Shown here piece by piece: positions 12,553 to 24,757 of a stretch of 64,000 bases of DNA. This DNA is from Basidiobolus meristosporus CBS 931.73 (Eukaryota > Fungi > Basidiobolomycota), in NCBI GenBank assembly GCA_002104905.1, contig MCFE01000292.1, forward strand, positions 1-64,000, read 5' to 3'. Made by a program: the position numbers and the translations under genes. Below the pieces are notes generated by a model. The model saw only the letters and a list, made by a program, of their open reading frames with translations, was not told the origin of the DNA and searched no databases. Position 1 is the stretch's first letter; the number at the start of each line of letters is the position of its first letter.

Positions 12553-14034
12553 ATGGTATACTACACTTGTAACATTGATACTAGTAGCGGACGCCAGGAG
12601 CTTGCAAGATGCCTGTTACCTATGGGTTCCATAATCATTGATGACAAATGGAACTGGATCTCTACTTCCTTAGTTCCCATCGCCCGTACTATACTTGTTG
12701 CCACAGCAACGCTGGCCATATGGCACTTATGGTGGTGGAGAAGATATAGCTCCATGAATCGTCAGACCCATCATGGTAGTAGTTGGGCAATTGGAACTTC
12801 CATGACTCATATGTCAGGGCTCAACTCCACATATATTTGTCTACGAACTGCTATGAAGTATGGCATTGAGAAAGTCACGTCTACATTGCTAATTTTGTTG
12901 GTTGGTACTGGTATAGTGTTGCCACTGGCAAGTATCTACTGGGCTTCCCACGTGTTCCAGAACACAATGGTGCAGTATGAATACAAAACGCATCGACCGT
13001 CTGGAGATAGTATAGTCGAAGCTATCAAAGGCAGAACTGCTCTGGTGTCATCATTTGGACAGGTGACATATGGTGAAAAGCCACTTTTGACGTCTGATGT
13101 ATTTCTTGATATACCAGTCGGAATGGAGTCTGCAACCATTCTGCGACCTCCAGGAATACCTTCATGGTGGAAGGTAGATATAACTCCAAAGGCTTTGGAA
13201 TGCCATGTTGAATTTGGCGACGTACTTGAGTCAAGCTCAAATGTTGAATTCTACGTGAACTATGGTGATTATGCTAACAGCATAGTGGCCGAGTCGTTGA
13301 CCAGTCGTTGTGGCCGAGTCATACCCTCAGTTAACTTCCTTACCAATCAGGATTTTGAAAAACGAAACCCTGAGCTCGCTGCATCTCTCAAGCAAATATT
13401 AGATACAAATCGCGCTCAACAGTGGTGCAAACTGAACTACACTTGCCCTATAGAAACAAAAATTTCCTATGGCAATATAAGTGTCAACAACACCCAGAAA
13501 ATTCAATGGCAGCAAACCTCACTAACCACAACACATGAAAATGATGGTGGCTTGATGAGTCAACTCCAAGACGAGAAAATGAAATCATGGCTTGAGTCTG
13601 ATCAGTGGAAAGAGAAAGCCATCGGTACTATTAAGGAAGCAGCTTCCATCAAGTACAATATTTACAGCAGTCTTGGACAAAACCAGCCAGCTCACCAGGT
13701 CTTAAGCGAGACATTTAATGAGTTCTTCCGAGAAGCGATTCTGCAGAGTTTTGACCAAGTGGAGATTCAATTCAATGGCGCAACTTCGAGGCTGCAATTC
13801 TCCTGGTTAAGTGTGGTACTGTGGGCCATCATTGTTCTGTCGGCAGTCACTACTTTGTCAATCTCTAATATTAATGCAAAGAAGCTACCGCTGCTGAAAG
13901 AAATGCTCGAGTCTTGGGATATAATATCCAAGACTTCCGTTATCAGCGATGGCAACTCCGGCACAAGCGATATTCCACTATACCGTTGGCCAACAGTATA
14001 TGATGATGAGAAAGAGGCCGACTTGATAAATTAG
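12553..14034 (+). CDS. Uncharacterised membrane protein, paralogue M3 (493 aa from MVYYT; ORF opens at 12517)
   Basis: Family motifs are present. TATAAA at 12503 favours the 12553 ATG. Near-identical to M4. Confidence 0.85.
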   Translation: MVYYTCNIDTSSGRQELARCLLPMGSIIIDDKWNWISTSLVPIARTILVATATLAIWHLWWWRRYSSMNRQTHHGSSWAIGTSMTHMSGLNSTYICLRTAMKYGIEKVTSTLLILLVGTGIVLPLASIYWASHVFQNTMVQYEYKTHRPSGDSIVEAIKGRTALVSSFGQVTYGEKPLLTSDVFLDIPVGMESATILRPPGIPSWWKVDITPKALECHVEFGDVLESSSNVEFYVNYGDYANSIVAESLTSRCGRVIPSVNFLTNQDFEKRNPELAASLKQILDTNRAQQWCKLNYTCPIETKISYGNISVNNTQKIQWQQTSLTTTHENDGGLMSQLQDEKMKSWLESDQWKEKAIGTIKEAASIKYNIYSSLGQNQPAHQVLSETFNEFFREAILQSFDQVEIQFNGATSRLQFSWLSVVLWAIIVLSAVTTLSISNINAKKLPLLKEMLESWDIISKTSVISDGNSGTSDIPLYRWPTVYDDEKEADLIN

Positions 14035-14874
14035 TCCCGGAAAGTTCATAATCAAGGCAGCATCTCGCAAACATAGCTAGCTCAGAGAATGTTTGCATTG
14101 CTGCCAGACGCTATATTGGTTTCATAAAAATCTGACTCTGCAATAAATCTTGGATTCACTATTGCACTAGTGCATCTGAAGGTATAAAAAGCGATTCCTA
14201 GAGAAGCATACCTAATCATTTTTTGTGTCCAGGATGTAATGATGTGCCTACTTCGTATTCATTGACCTTTTGTTATATTGATTATTTACTACTTTGTCGA
14301 ATATTCTAAGCCATAAAAGTATACCCTCGACAGAATTGCGGATCTGATTACATTCAATCTGATTAACACCCAAGGCAATGCGCTTTAGGGCAAGATAACA
14401 AATTTACTCGCATTACTGTATTTTGGGTAAACAGCCTATCACCAAATACTCACATCGCTCTTATTCTTTTGAATCTCACCATTAAACACGGTGTTAATTT
14501 CGTCCAGAACGTGTCGAAGGGTAGTTCTGTTCCCTTATTATGCCACAGCATAATTCTAGAAGTCGGTATCTCCTTGTGTCAGGCTGATGCTATCGAAAGT
14601 GTATGACTTGTATTCATATCGTTGCTTATCAATTCCTATATCAGTATTATGCTCATGTGTGGCTTCACTACTGGCAAAATGACAGTGGATACGCTCATCG
14701 TTGCTAGGTCTGCCGCTAGTGCTATTGCATTCGTCAGTACCCTAAGGTTTGTTGCAATCGTGATACTGAAATAACAGTCGAAGACCCATAAAGAGTCGAT
14801 CACTGTAACATTTTGTAGAATTTCTGGTTGCTTCTTTTAGCAAAAAACCCGTTAATTTGAGTAAGTTGTGCTCA

Positions 14875-15673
14875 ATCGTCCATGCAAACCTGTATCAAGC
14901 AAACTAAGCCTTGAATGATCTGATCCAGATTCTGTGTGATCATGCACACTGGATATACAATTGCGAATCTCGAACTCCACATCTTGGGGTTGACAAAGCC
15001 TCCAACATGGGAATAGCTCTGGATGCAACTACCAGTGGGATGCATGTATTCGGTGAGAAGATCACATGAATCTTCGCAAGATTTGATCTCCGATTATATC
15101 GCATCCACCACAATCGTACGATCTGAAACCGGGACATCATGACTTGATGCATCTCAGCGTATCGGTATTCTCCTTTGTCCTGGGAAGCGTACGGAAGGCC
15201 AGAAAGGCCCTTCATGGAAATGTTGAGTGCAATACAGGCTGACCTGTAGTACGGTCTGCATGAAAAGAATGGGCTACTGAGGCGTCAGGCTACGTTGCGT
15301 TTGACATATAGGCAAATTGGGCATGCGGGTAAACATGACTTGGCAGTTGATGGTTTGGATGCCGCAAGAACCGGAGTTTGAATCTGGTGTTACATGATTC
15401 AGTGCTCATCTTGGATAAGGTAAGTATGTATGCTCACCACTCAGCATGTACCCATTGTATTCAAAGCAGAAGCAGTGGATTTCAGCCATTCTAATCTTGA
15501 TCCCGAAGGTCGTACATTGCCCAGGGGATCCAGTTTGGCTAATGCTAACTAGTTGCAACAACGGCCCTGGTTGGGTACATAGCTGATGATATATTTACGT
15601 GATACAACATGATTATTGTATAGCGTTACGAAAATGCACACAAGGCAATTCTACCATATTCCCTCGAAAAGCT
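14875..15673. repeat. 799-bp dispersed repeat, copy A
   Basis: Near-identical to 21696-22494 with sharp matching ends (atcgtccatgcaa ... ccctcgaaaagct). A partial third copy lies at about 33960-34550. Confidence 0.9.
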
Positions 15674-16149
15674 AGAACCAATTTTTATTAGCCAATATTA
15701 AGCTTAACATGCAGGCATCACACACATATATACGGCGCTGAAACCATCCAGAATTATTAACATAGAAGTTTCAGAATTGATCATTCTAATGTTCTCATAA
15801 TACATTGATTACACCTTATAACGAGAGTGCAGTTTGTCTGTTGGAGGGGCTTGTGTTGTATTCGATAGAGGGGTTTACACAGGTAGATGCTGTTAACAGC
15901 ATATGGGCATTATTTACTGTAATCTAGATCCCAAAGCAATGTATGCACTATTTGACAGACACCGGTGAGCTACGTTGTTGATATTTAAAGCGTTTAAACC
16001 TTCAAAGACTACAAGTGTCTGAAGTAAATATCTTTTTGAATACTGAACACTAATTAGATATTTTACATTCTTATTATTATCGACTATTTGTTAAGTATTT
16101 GAATCCTTTACGACTAAATTTTTGCAAGCACGACCTTTTTGTCAATCCA

Positions 16150-16400
16150 CAAGTTGGTATTTTGGTGTTGGTGGAATGCATATGTATTGTGCGAATATCG
16201 CTCATCTCATGCTAACAAGAGTGATTTTGTTGTTCATGCATCTGTATCCAATTGGTACCTTGCTTAAGTACAACTGGCTTTCATGGCACCAAAATCTCCC
16301 GAGCCTTCATTTTTGCTATGACTGGCCTTTCTCGGTGCACGCCATACCGAGATGTAAGATCAAACCACCCACCGCTCCACAGACTATTGCTACATAGGAT
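16150..16400 (-). pseudogene. Phosphodiester glycosidase relic P4
   Basis: The minus strand translates GAVGGLILHLGMACTEK..VPIGYRCMNNKITLVSM with stops, matching WAVGGLSLHLDKAYTDK..TAIGYRSTDNKIILVSI of P7. Confidence 0.7.
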
Positions 16401-17136
16401 ATGCGTCTGAATTGAGGACCAGTTTAACATTGCTTTGGCGAACGAAAAAAATAACAAACCATAAATACCAAGCACTAATAGCATCTGCTCACTGCCGCTG
16501 TTGTTGGCTTCATATATGTGCCAACTTCAATTAAACTACCATTCAGTGTAAAACAGTGGGTTAGATTGATTATATTAAGCACTGGCCATACTTTGCTGAA
16601 CCATTATCTATTAATGGTAATATTGGTTTCCCGATGCAGTACTCTACATAAGATGCTAATAGCAATTATTTCTAGTGACAACATAAACATTTTATTGATT
16701 TGTATTCCTTATGCATAAATCCACGATGGGAGCAGTAGTAACAATATCCCTTTTCTTATGCGTTACCTTTCGATCTAAACCGCCAAACACCAAAATATTC
16801 TGAAAATGCAAGTTGACATGCGATACTGTGGATGGCCATCAATACGTATATATGGAATATACAGATTCCCGCCAATATGAGCTGCCTAGTTAGATTTGCC
16901 CTGGTTATTAGAAATATGATCCCGGCTTTGGGCTAGATTAACAAATGAAGCTGATGACAAATACGGAATGTTATATATAGAAGAAATATATGAGAACCAA
17001 AATATAGTTGTCAATGACAATTAGCTACCTTTAATAAAAATATTCACTTCTAATAGAAAATGAATCACATGATATACGATGTGTATCAAGGACAAACCTT
17101 GATACAGTAACAGAACAAACTACTCATAGATTATGA

Positions 17137-18078
17137 TTAGCATCGGCCTCTACTTCTTCTGCCAATAGTAATGGCAGCTGGAATAGGAACCTTTTGCACA
17201 ATCAAAGAGCTCACATCGACCCAGGTATCAGGGTTGACTGTAACCATGGAATAGATAGCGCGCCCTCCTTTGAAGTCCTTCCCCTTCCTTCTAATCTGGG
17301 CCTCAAAGCTGTAGTCCATATGAATTTCGGGTGCTACATTAGATTTGGAAGTATCGGTCTTGACACCAACCCCTGAGATCTGCGAAGAGCCACCACCATC
17401 AAGCATGATCCCAATATCGCATTGGTAGTCATGTTTCATGGCGTTTCTAACTTCCAAGACTGAACAGCTACGAAAACTGGCCAATACCATTTTTCCATCT
17501 GTTCTTCTAAACCCAAGAGCTGATCTATGGGTGCAGCGGCCCCTTCCAACTTCATTGATACTGCATGCATGCTCTTCCACATAAAGCTTCATCATGTATT
17601 CATGATCGGTATAGCTCTTGTCCAGATGCAGGCTGTATCCTCCAATAGCCCATTGTATATTCTCTTCCTCAATCTTGGACTCCTTAATATGTCTAATGAC
17701 TGCCACATCGGCAGTTAATGCTCCATTAGAATCCTGGTGGCAGATCATTGTTCCCCTGGTGTAGTTTGTTGGCTTTGACTTGTCATAGCAAAGACCTTCT
17801 ATTAGCTTTCCATTTTGGTCGCATCTAGAGCTTCCATTACCAGCTTGCTGCTTTTGGTTTTTCTGGCCAGTTTCCCCCTTTGAGAAGTAAGTTATTGACA
17901 ATAACTCCCCAGCTGGTTTACTGAGAGAATTAAAAAATCCACCATTAATTCCATAGCGTCCAGAATTAGCAACTGATTTTTCACCAATGTAGGCAACGCC
18001 CACTGCTTCGATATCGCTGATGATTGCAGTAGAGGAGAGTTCTTTGGCTTCCACGATTCCGGCCTCAGTAGTAGTCAT
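17137..18078 (-). CDS. Phosphodiester glycosidase P3, 313 aa with insertions, no signal peptide
   Basis: Motifs YGINGGFF, RGTM, WAIGGYSLHL, HRSALG, IMLDGGGSSQ and IYSMVTV. TATAAATA at 18121-18128 (minus strand) favours the ATG at 18078 over 18114. Confidence 0.85.
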   Translation of the reverse strand: MTTTEAGIVEAKELSSTAIISDIEAVGVAYIGEKSVANSGRYGINGGFFNSLSKPAGELLSITYFSKGETGQKNQKQQAGNGSSRCDQNGKLIEGLCYDKSKPTNYTRGTMICHQDSNGALTADVAVIRHIKESKIEEENIQWAIGGYSLHLDKSYTDHEYMMKLYVEEHACSINEVGRGRCTHRSALGFRRTDGKMVLASFRSCSVLEVRNAMKHDYQCDIGIMLDGGGSSQISGVGVKTDTSKSNVAPEIHMDYSFEAQIRRKGKDFKGGRAIYSMVTVNPDTWVDVSSLIVQKVPIPAAITIGRRSRGRC

Positions 18079-18568
18079 GTTGCTGTTAGTTCTGCTGCAT
18101 TGGAATGAATGCATGTGGCATATTTATAGTGATATGCTCAAGTTATAGATATCAGCTCCAGAGCTATCCTTTGGACGCAACATAGGATGATGCTACATAG
18201 CACGACTAGTTTTTGACTGGAAGCTGACTAGGATGGCATGAACATACCAATGAAGACCTCAACTAGTATTACTTCTGGTATGACCTGCACTACGCTACTG
18301 ATTTCTTTTACTAGTTTCAAGTAACGACGGAGTCAAACTTTTGATTCCCTTTAGGACTATCTAGTCTACTAACCATCGGATCAACTCTATGCCAATAAAA
18401 AGCCGAATTATTGAAACCTGATATATATCAGATCATGATAATCGCAGTTTTACAAAGTGGTAGTGGAGCTTTGTATTATTACCAGAATATATACAATGTG
18501 GGCCGCGAATTTGAAGAAACAGATATATTCAATGAGCAAGGCTAGAACAGCCAAGTGATGCTAGGCAG

Positions 18569-19431
18569 TGGTTCTGGTGTATTTGTGAGCCTAATATTAT
18601 CACATGGATTACGCAAGTAGATATCGCAGATGTCAGAAGCACGAATGTTACCAGTGTGGGAATCTGTAATGAAGCATATCTATTTTACCAATCAAGACTT
18701 TGTCAAGTTATGGTGCTTTGAGATAGTACCAATAGCACCAAAAAAGCATGGTGCTGTAAGTAGAATGCTACAATATGATGAATCCATGGGTGTGTTACAG
18801 TCAGCAGTAGCTATTTGATAGCGGTAGTGGTAGTAGGGGCAGAACAATATATCAATGGTGCTACTTGAATCAGTTCACTTTGGCAAATGGTTTTTGATCT
18901 AACACTAAATGCAAATTACGAGAAATGCTTGCAACAGGTATGTGATCAAACATTAGATGCTTACCCGATTGAATCCAGGCTGCCACACTTTGACTGGGAC
19001 AAAGCCTAATGATACACGTGATACTAACTCTAATTGGAGGTAACTGGTTTCGACATCAGATTCACTATTTTAACTCGTTGGTTCACCAACAGATTTGACT
19101 GGTTTACCCGAATTCGGTCACTGTAGTCAGGATTTGAGTATTTCAAATTACATGGCATACGACTTATGTGAATACCATCCAGACGCCTACCCACATGAAC
19201 TTCGATTGGCGACTACCATACATGAGCACCACTGCCATAACTGACACACTGGAAAATCCTTAATATCAAGTAAGTTGACAATTGCTTAGATAGGCACATT
19301 CTTGATTGGTCGGCAACTAATTTTCCGATCTGTAGTGGCGATTGGTGGTAACTTGAGGCAATATGGGGCTGTACTCATTCTGGTACACTAAACTCCAAAG
19401 GTTACCTGCTATCAATTGACGATATTTAAAA
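18569..19431. repeat. ~860-bp block upstream of the AAA gene, duplicated at 32456-33318
   Basis: Near-identical direct copy from tggttctggtgtatttgtgagcc to gatatttaaaa; no long ORF. Confidence 0.9.
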
Positions 19432-19574
19432 AGGTGGTATATGAGTGATGATATGTGTTCGTCAAACTATGGTTATGTAGTATCTGTACTTTTTAATGAG
19501 ACATTCATTAGTTTGCTAGCGGGGGATAGTGTAGTCCTCACCCCATGAGTTTGATACTCACCTGACTGTATTTT

Positions 19575-21479
19575 ATGGGATTATCTTGCCACCGAAGTCA
19601 CCTAGTCTACAACTATTCTTACCCTTTTCAAATCACTACAGCAATGACAGTACCAGGCAATGGAATCACTGAAGCATTAGAGCATGGCTCTATCAGCTTA
19701 ATCCACCATAGTAGGACCATAGAAGACGGCAACTCTTTCTTGCAGGCCGATTCTATCAGAAATATATGGGCACCGTTCACTTCTCTGTTTACCAATTCCC
19801 AGGTCAATATGATGCTCATGGCCTGGCTTCCATTCAAGATGGAAAAGTACTTCTCTACTGGCATCATGGCAGTAGATATGTTTATAGTTTCTGCTTTTGC
19901 CGCGGGGATTGTTGCATTATTCAATTTCCTGGGATATTTTGCAGTATCAGCATCTAAGTATCAGTCAAAGGCACAGACGGACTCGATAATTGTGCAGGTT
20001 GAGCCCAAGTTTATTGGCCTTTACGATGAGCTAGAACACAATGAGCATCATAAAGCCTTATCCTGGATAATATCGGAGAAAAGCAAGCATCTACCCAAAG
20101 GACTATTTCTGATGGTGCCTGAGGTTGATCGCTTCGAAACACACAATGAAGATGAGGACTTGAGAATTCCACTTTTCAATATTCTACCGCAAGATAATGA
20201 AACACTATATATGCAGCATAAAAGTGATGTGTATAAAGTTTACTTTAAGGAGACCTCTGACAATGACTATCAGAAGCCTATAGAAGAAGAAGAAAACGAA
20301 GGGAGTACCAACTCCAGTAGCAAGCAGAGAAGAAACATCAGAGCTCTACCATCGATAATGGTCGAACTTTGCCATGAATTTACCACAGATTCGAATTCCA
20401 AGGCCCTGCCTCAAACAGCTAAGGGAGATAAACAAAATCAGATAGCCGATGATGGAATTACCGACATGAACAAAATCTTGGATTTCATAGTGACAGTTAC
20501 AAAAGCGTATCTTATGGTCCAAAAAAATGAACAGGTCCGGTCACGTTATGAGCGGGGATCTTGCGGATGGAGTGCTGTACAAACACTGATGCTATCCCGA
20601 GGGTTGGATGCTGTAAGTCTGGAAAGATGCAACGAAGACTTACTAAAGCTAGACCTCGAAGCATTCTTAAACGACAAAGATTTTTATCAGCAACTTGGTC
20701 TTCCATATCGTCGTGGTATTCTTCTATATGGAAGGCCTGGAACTGGGAAGACATCACTAGTGAATGCGATTGCAAGTGAATTAAGCCGTGATCTGTACAT
20801 GATCAACCTGAAGGAAATCGACAGTGATGCTTCATTGAACGCCATCTTCAACTCCATCCCGCCTAATCAGATCATTGTTGTGGAGGATTGCGACACTCAA
20901 AGCAGGGTTTTGCATCCACGCAGGCAAATCAATTCCATCGAGACTACCGACACGGTTAGCACAAACATTTTCTCGGAGGGCTTTGGAGCTTTGGGCAAAG
21001 GTGGAGGTATAGATGGCTCATTTTCTTTGGCGACCTTTCTTGCCAACCTTGATGGCCATTGTCTTGCTCCGGGAAACATTATTATTTTGACAACCAATCA
21101 CCCCGAAATGCTCGATCCTGCCATTGTGCGACCGGGCCGAATGGATTTGAAGATCGAAATGGGCTACTGCTCACATTATCAAATCCAAAAGATGTACTCC
21201 TCAGTCATGAGAAATGCCGAAGCACAGATTAATCAGGCATTCCTAGATGGGTACGTCCCCGAAGGCTTACTTCCTCCTTGTGAGGTGATGACCTGTTTCG
21301 TCCTGTACCGCCGCACACCGAAGGTCATACCCGAGATGCTGAGTCAGTTGGTCAGCAAATTCAAAACTACCGATGCCCCTAGTGCAGAGAATCTTCTGAC
21401 TGAAGCTGTATTGCCTGAGAAAACTGATCTTGGCTCCAAAATACCTGCGATGGACTCGGGCTATAGCTCAGACTCGTAA
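19575..21479 (+). CDS. BCS1-like AAA+ ATPase (intronless; start may be 19644)
   Basis: YRRGILLYGRPGTGKT (Walker A), IIVVEDCD (Walker B), FLANLDG, IILTTNHPEMLDPAIVRPGRMD (second region of homology) and an N-terminal TM segment. Confidence 0.9.
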   Translation: MGLSCHRSHLVYNYSYPFQITTAMTVPGNGITEALEHGSISLIHHSRTIEDGNSFLQADSIRNIWAPFTSLFTNSQVNMMLMAWLPFKMEKYFSTGIMAVDMFIVSAFAAGIVALFNFLGYFAVSASKYQSKAQTDSIIVQVEPKFIGLYDELEHNEHHKALSWIISEKSKHLPKGLFLMVPEVDRFETHNEDEDLRIPLFNILPQDNETLYMQHKSDVYKVYFKETSDNDYQKPIEEEENEGSTNSSSKQRRNIRALPSIMVELCHEFTTDSNSKALPQTAKGDKQNQIADDGITDMNKILDFIVTVTKAYLMVQKNEQVRSRYERGSCGWSAVQTLMLSRGLDAVSLERCNEDLLKLDLEAFLNDKDFYQQLGLPYRRGILLYGRPGTGKTSLVNAIASELSRDLYMINLKEIDSDASLNAIFNSIPPNQIIVVEDCDTQSRVLHPRRQINSIETTDTVSTNIFSEGFGALGKGGGIDGSFSLATFLANLDGHCLAPGNIIILTTNHPEMLDPAIVRPGRMDLKIEMGYCSHYQIQKMYSSVMRNAEAQINQAFLDGYVPEGLLPPCEVMTCFVLYRRTPKVIPEMLSQLVSKFKTTDAPSAENLLTEAVLPEKTDLGSKIPAMDSGYSSDS

Positions 21480-21695
21480 GAGATTGTTGATAAAATCAAA
21501 TGTAAAGCAGCGATTTGGTGAACTATAGAAATACTGATGGCCTCTAACTCGATTCTATGGAGGAATAATTGATCCAATAAATGTCATATATTACTTTATT
21601 TTCACTTTGTAAATAGTGACTGTCGGCACTGCATCACATCACACGAAGCTCAACAGTAAATGGAGTTCTAACGCACGGCAGTTCATCTGTGTTCC

Positions 21696-22494
21696 ATCGT
21701 CCATGCAAGCCTGTATCAAGCAAACTAAGCCTTGAATGATCTGATCCAGATTCTGTGTGATCATGCACACTGGATATACAATTGCGAATCTCGAACTCCA
21801 CATCTTGGGGTTGACAAAGCCTCCAACATGGGAATAGCTCTGGATACAACTACCAGTGGGATGCATGTATTCGGTGAGAAGATCACATGAATCTTCGTAA
21901 GATTTGATCTCCGATTATATCGCATCCACCACAATCGTACGATCTGAAACCGGGACATCATGACTTGATGCATCTCAGCGTATCGGTATTCTCCTTTGTC
22001 CTGGGAAGCGTACGGAAGGCCAGAAAGGCCCTTCATGGAAATGTTGAGTGCAATACAGGCTGACCTGTAGTACGGTCTGCATGAAAAGAATGGGCTACTG
22101 AGGCGTCAGGCTACGTTGCGTTTGACATATAGGTAAATTGGGCATGTGGGTAAACATGACTTGGCAGTTGATGGTTTGGATGCCGCAAGAACCGGAGTTT
22201 GAATCTGGTGTTACATGATTCAGTGCTCATCTTGGATAAGGTAAGTATGTATGCTCACCACTCAGCATGTACCCATTGTATTCAAAGCAGAAGCAGTGGA
22301 TTTCAGCCATTCTAATCTTGATCCCGAAGGTCGTACATTGCCCAGGGGATCCAGTTTGGCTAATGCTAACTAGTTGCAACAACGGCCCTGGTTGGGTACA
22401 TAGCTGATGATATATTTACGTGATACAACATGATTATTGTATAGCGTTACGAAAATGCACACAAGGCAATTCTACCATATTCCCTCGAAAAGCT
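21696..22494. repeat. 799-bp dispersed repeat, copy B
   Basis: See copy A; lies directly downstream of the AAA gene. Confidence 0.9.
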
Positions 22495-23419
22495 TAGCCC
22501 ATTGTGTATTGGTTAACATCAATTGCACTTTTAGATATTGCCAATTGCTACTATGTCTCCCTCATAGAGATAGGGAGTATAATTTGAAGAATATACCGGA
22601 TCTAAAACCTGGTATTTGAGATTGCAATGTTGACTCTGGTTGTCAGGGGAAATTATTGGTGAATATAGGTTCCAAGAGTTGCATGGGACATCCCTTATGT
22701 TACCTGAAGTGATGTTTAGATTTTGTATTATATTTCAGATATCTGAAGTATCCAAATACTTAAAAGATAAAACAACCATTGACCTAATTTAATTGTGGAA
22801 TAATTGGGTTCACGGAGATAGAATTTCTAGAGCTTACCAGACTACAGTTTAATAAAATACATTACTAGCTGACTGTATAAAGATTGTGTCCAGACTCAAA
22901 ACATTTACGTACCATTGCTGATAGTTTCATCACACACAATCGACGCTAGTGTCATTGGCACAATCCAATAATATTTCTGCCGGTATTTTTGGTACAGGTA
23001 TTTTCTTGCTACACTCAAAATAATAGCTAATTTGCGCATAACCTGATCTTAGACAGATTCTTTTGCAGTACTACCCTAAATGATAGTTTCTTCTAAGAGA
23101 AAAAAAATCACGCTAACGCTTTAACAAAACTATGCATTTGCTATAATAATTACCAAAACCGTACACTTATTTTAGTTATTGAAGTCGAATATTTTACAAA
23201 TGAATAGGAAGGGACAAGTAAATCACTTAAAATTTTTACTCCAACACGAGGCTTCTATATATCGTGTAAACTAATATTTTTTTTATCACACAGGATTTCG
23301 GCGTTACCTGAGGATATCTTAAATAGATATATATTGGTACTGTTAAAAATCCGTTTTTGGGCTTTGTAAGTACTATAAAGTGTTAAACGCCCCTACCTAA
23401 CATTAGTTGCAGTATCAAG

Positions 23420-24371
23420 ATGCTCCGTTGTTTGTTGTTCTATCTTATTGTATACGCTTATGCGGTGCTAGCTCTAGGTGCTTACGACGAGATTCGTATG
23501 AAGCAAGACTCGGATTTGTTTCAGGAACCCAGCCTGGCAAGTCCAAGCAACACAAGAATTCCAAATGGAAGTATTGTAAGGGTTTTGTGCCAAACATTGG
23601 ACACAGCGAGCTTTGCGCGCTACTCAAATGATAGCACTCCTATAGGGCGCAGGTATGTAATCCGAAGTTGTGTATATTTGAGCTATTTTAATGTTGTATC
23701 ATAGTGTTTGGAGTCAAGTGGCATATAAGCAGTATACAGGCTTTGTACCCTACGAGAGAATGGAGAGCTTTGAAAGCTGGCTACCTGGTGCCCCTCAATG
23801 TAGATGCAGACAGGAGCAAACTGTACTCTGTGTCGACACTCGCAAGATACAACATGAAGAGGCTGCCCAATATCTGCAATCGCGTAATATTCTTACGCAG
23901 TGCAACTATTCGTTGAATAACACATGCCCGTCATTTGAAGGAATCAGAAACGAAACAATCTCAGGACTGGTGAATTTCATCCACACCAGCAATTGCACTG
24001 GAGTCAGTATAGTGGGTGGAACTGAAGTGCTGGATCCTGAATCCTATTATTCTCACAAACTAGGGTTCAGAGTTGACATCGCACCAAATCCATGCATTGA
24101 CAATTTTATCAAGAAGAACTTCCATTATATTGGCAATCGAAAGTATGGTACTCCAGATAAACTGTATATTGCATGCAGTGGAAATATGTTTGCCTGGAAA
24201 CAAGATCGCTGGGAGGTGAGCGCCTACGTTAATGGCGGGAATCGAGTGGTGTTGGCTAACGACACTAAATGCTACGTCCCAAGTAGAGCTTCTACATTGA
24301 GTATGACGTATATTCATTATACCACTCTGTTAATATCTTTCAAGCTATTTTTTGCTAGTTTACTTGACTAG
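23420..24371 (+). CDS. Secreted SH3b-like + M15-like protein with GPI-like tail, S3 (299 aa, 2 exons)
   Basis: Exon 1 23420-23652, intron 23653-23704 (GTATGT..CATAG), exon 2 23705-24371. Motifs VLCQ..VWSQV..GFVP..WLPGAPQC; CPSFEGIR..GGTE..SHKLGFRVD..WKQDRWE; hydrophobic tail. Confidence 0.8.
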
Positions 24372-24757
24372 TCGAATAAAATATAATAGGATTAGGAAAC
24401 ATAGTCACAACTAATTTTTCTAATTTATCATTGCTCCTACCCAAGCACGCTGAAATATGGTCTTGTCACAAGCATGGTCAAATTAATATGTATATTTTGT
24501 TTTAACTAAAAGTTACAAAAATCATGTATATATAAATATATATATATCCTGGTTTTATCAAATATGGTTTTCTACTAGAAATCTAGCGCAAAATGGTGCC
24601 CTGTTTCACATATCGCTATGTTACAAGTCTTTTGATACTTCAATCCGGTAGTAGATCACAAATTCATAATTTATCGATATACTTGATATCAAGTCATACG
24701 TAAAACCCATCGTGATTGTGCAATGAGGCTAGATCTGAGGAACTATAAAAATATAAG

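Noticed and set aside
12760-12820. HG dipeptide in M2-M4 resembling the ENaC/DEG pre-TM1 gating motif
   Set aside because: It lies after the first TM, is YG in M1 and M5, and no other ENaC hallmark is visible.
14300-14870. Coding-looking stretch between M3 and the 799-bp repeat
   Set aside because: It has stops in all frames and no convincing alignment to any family in the window.
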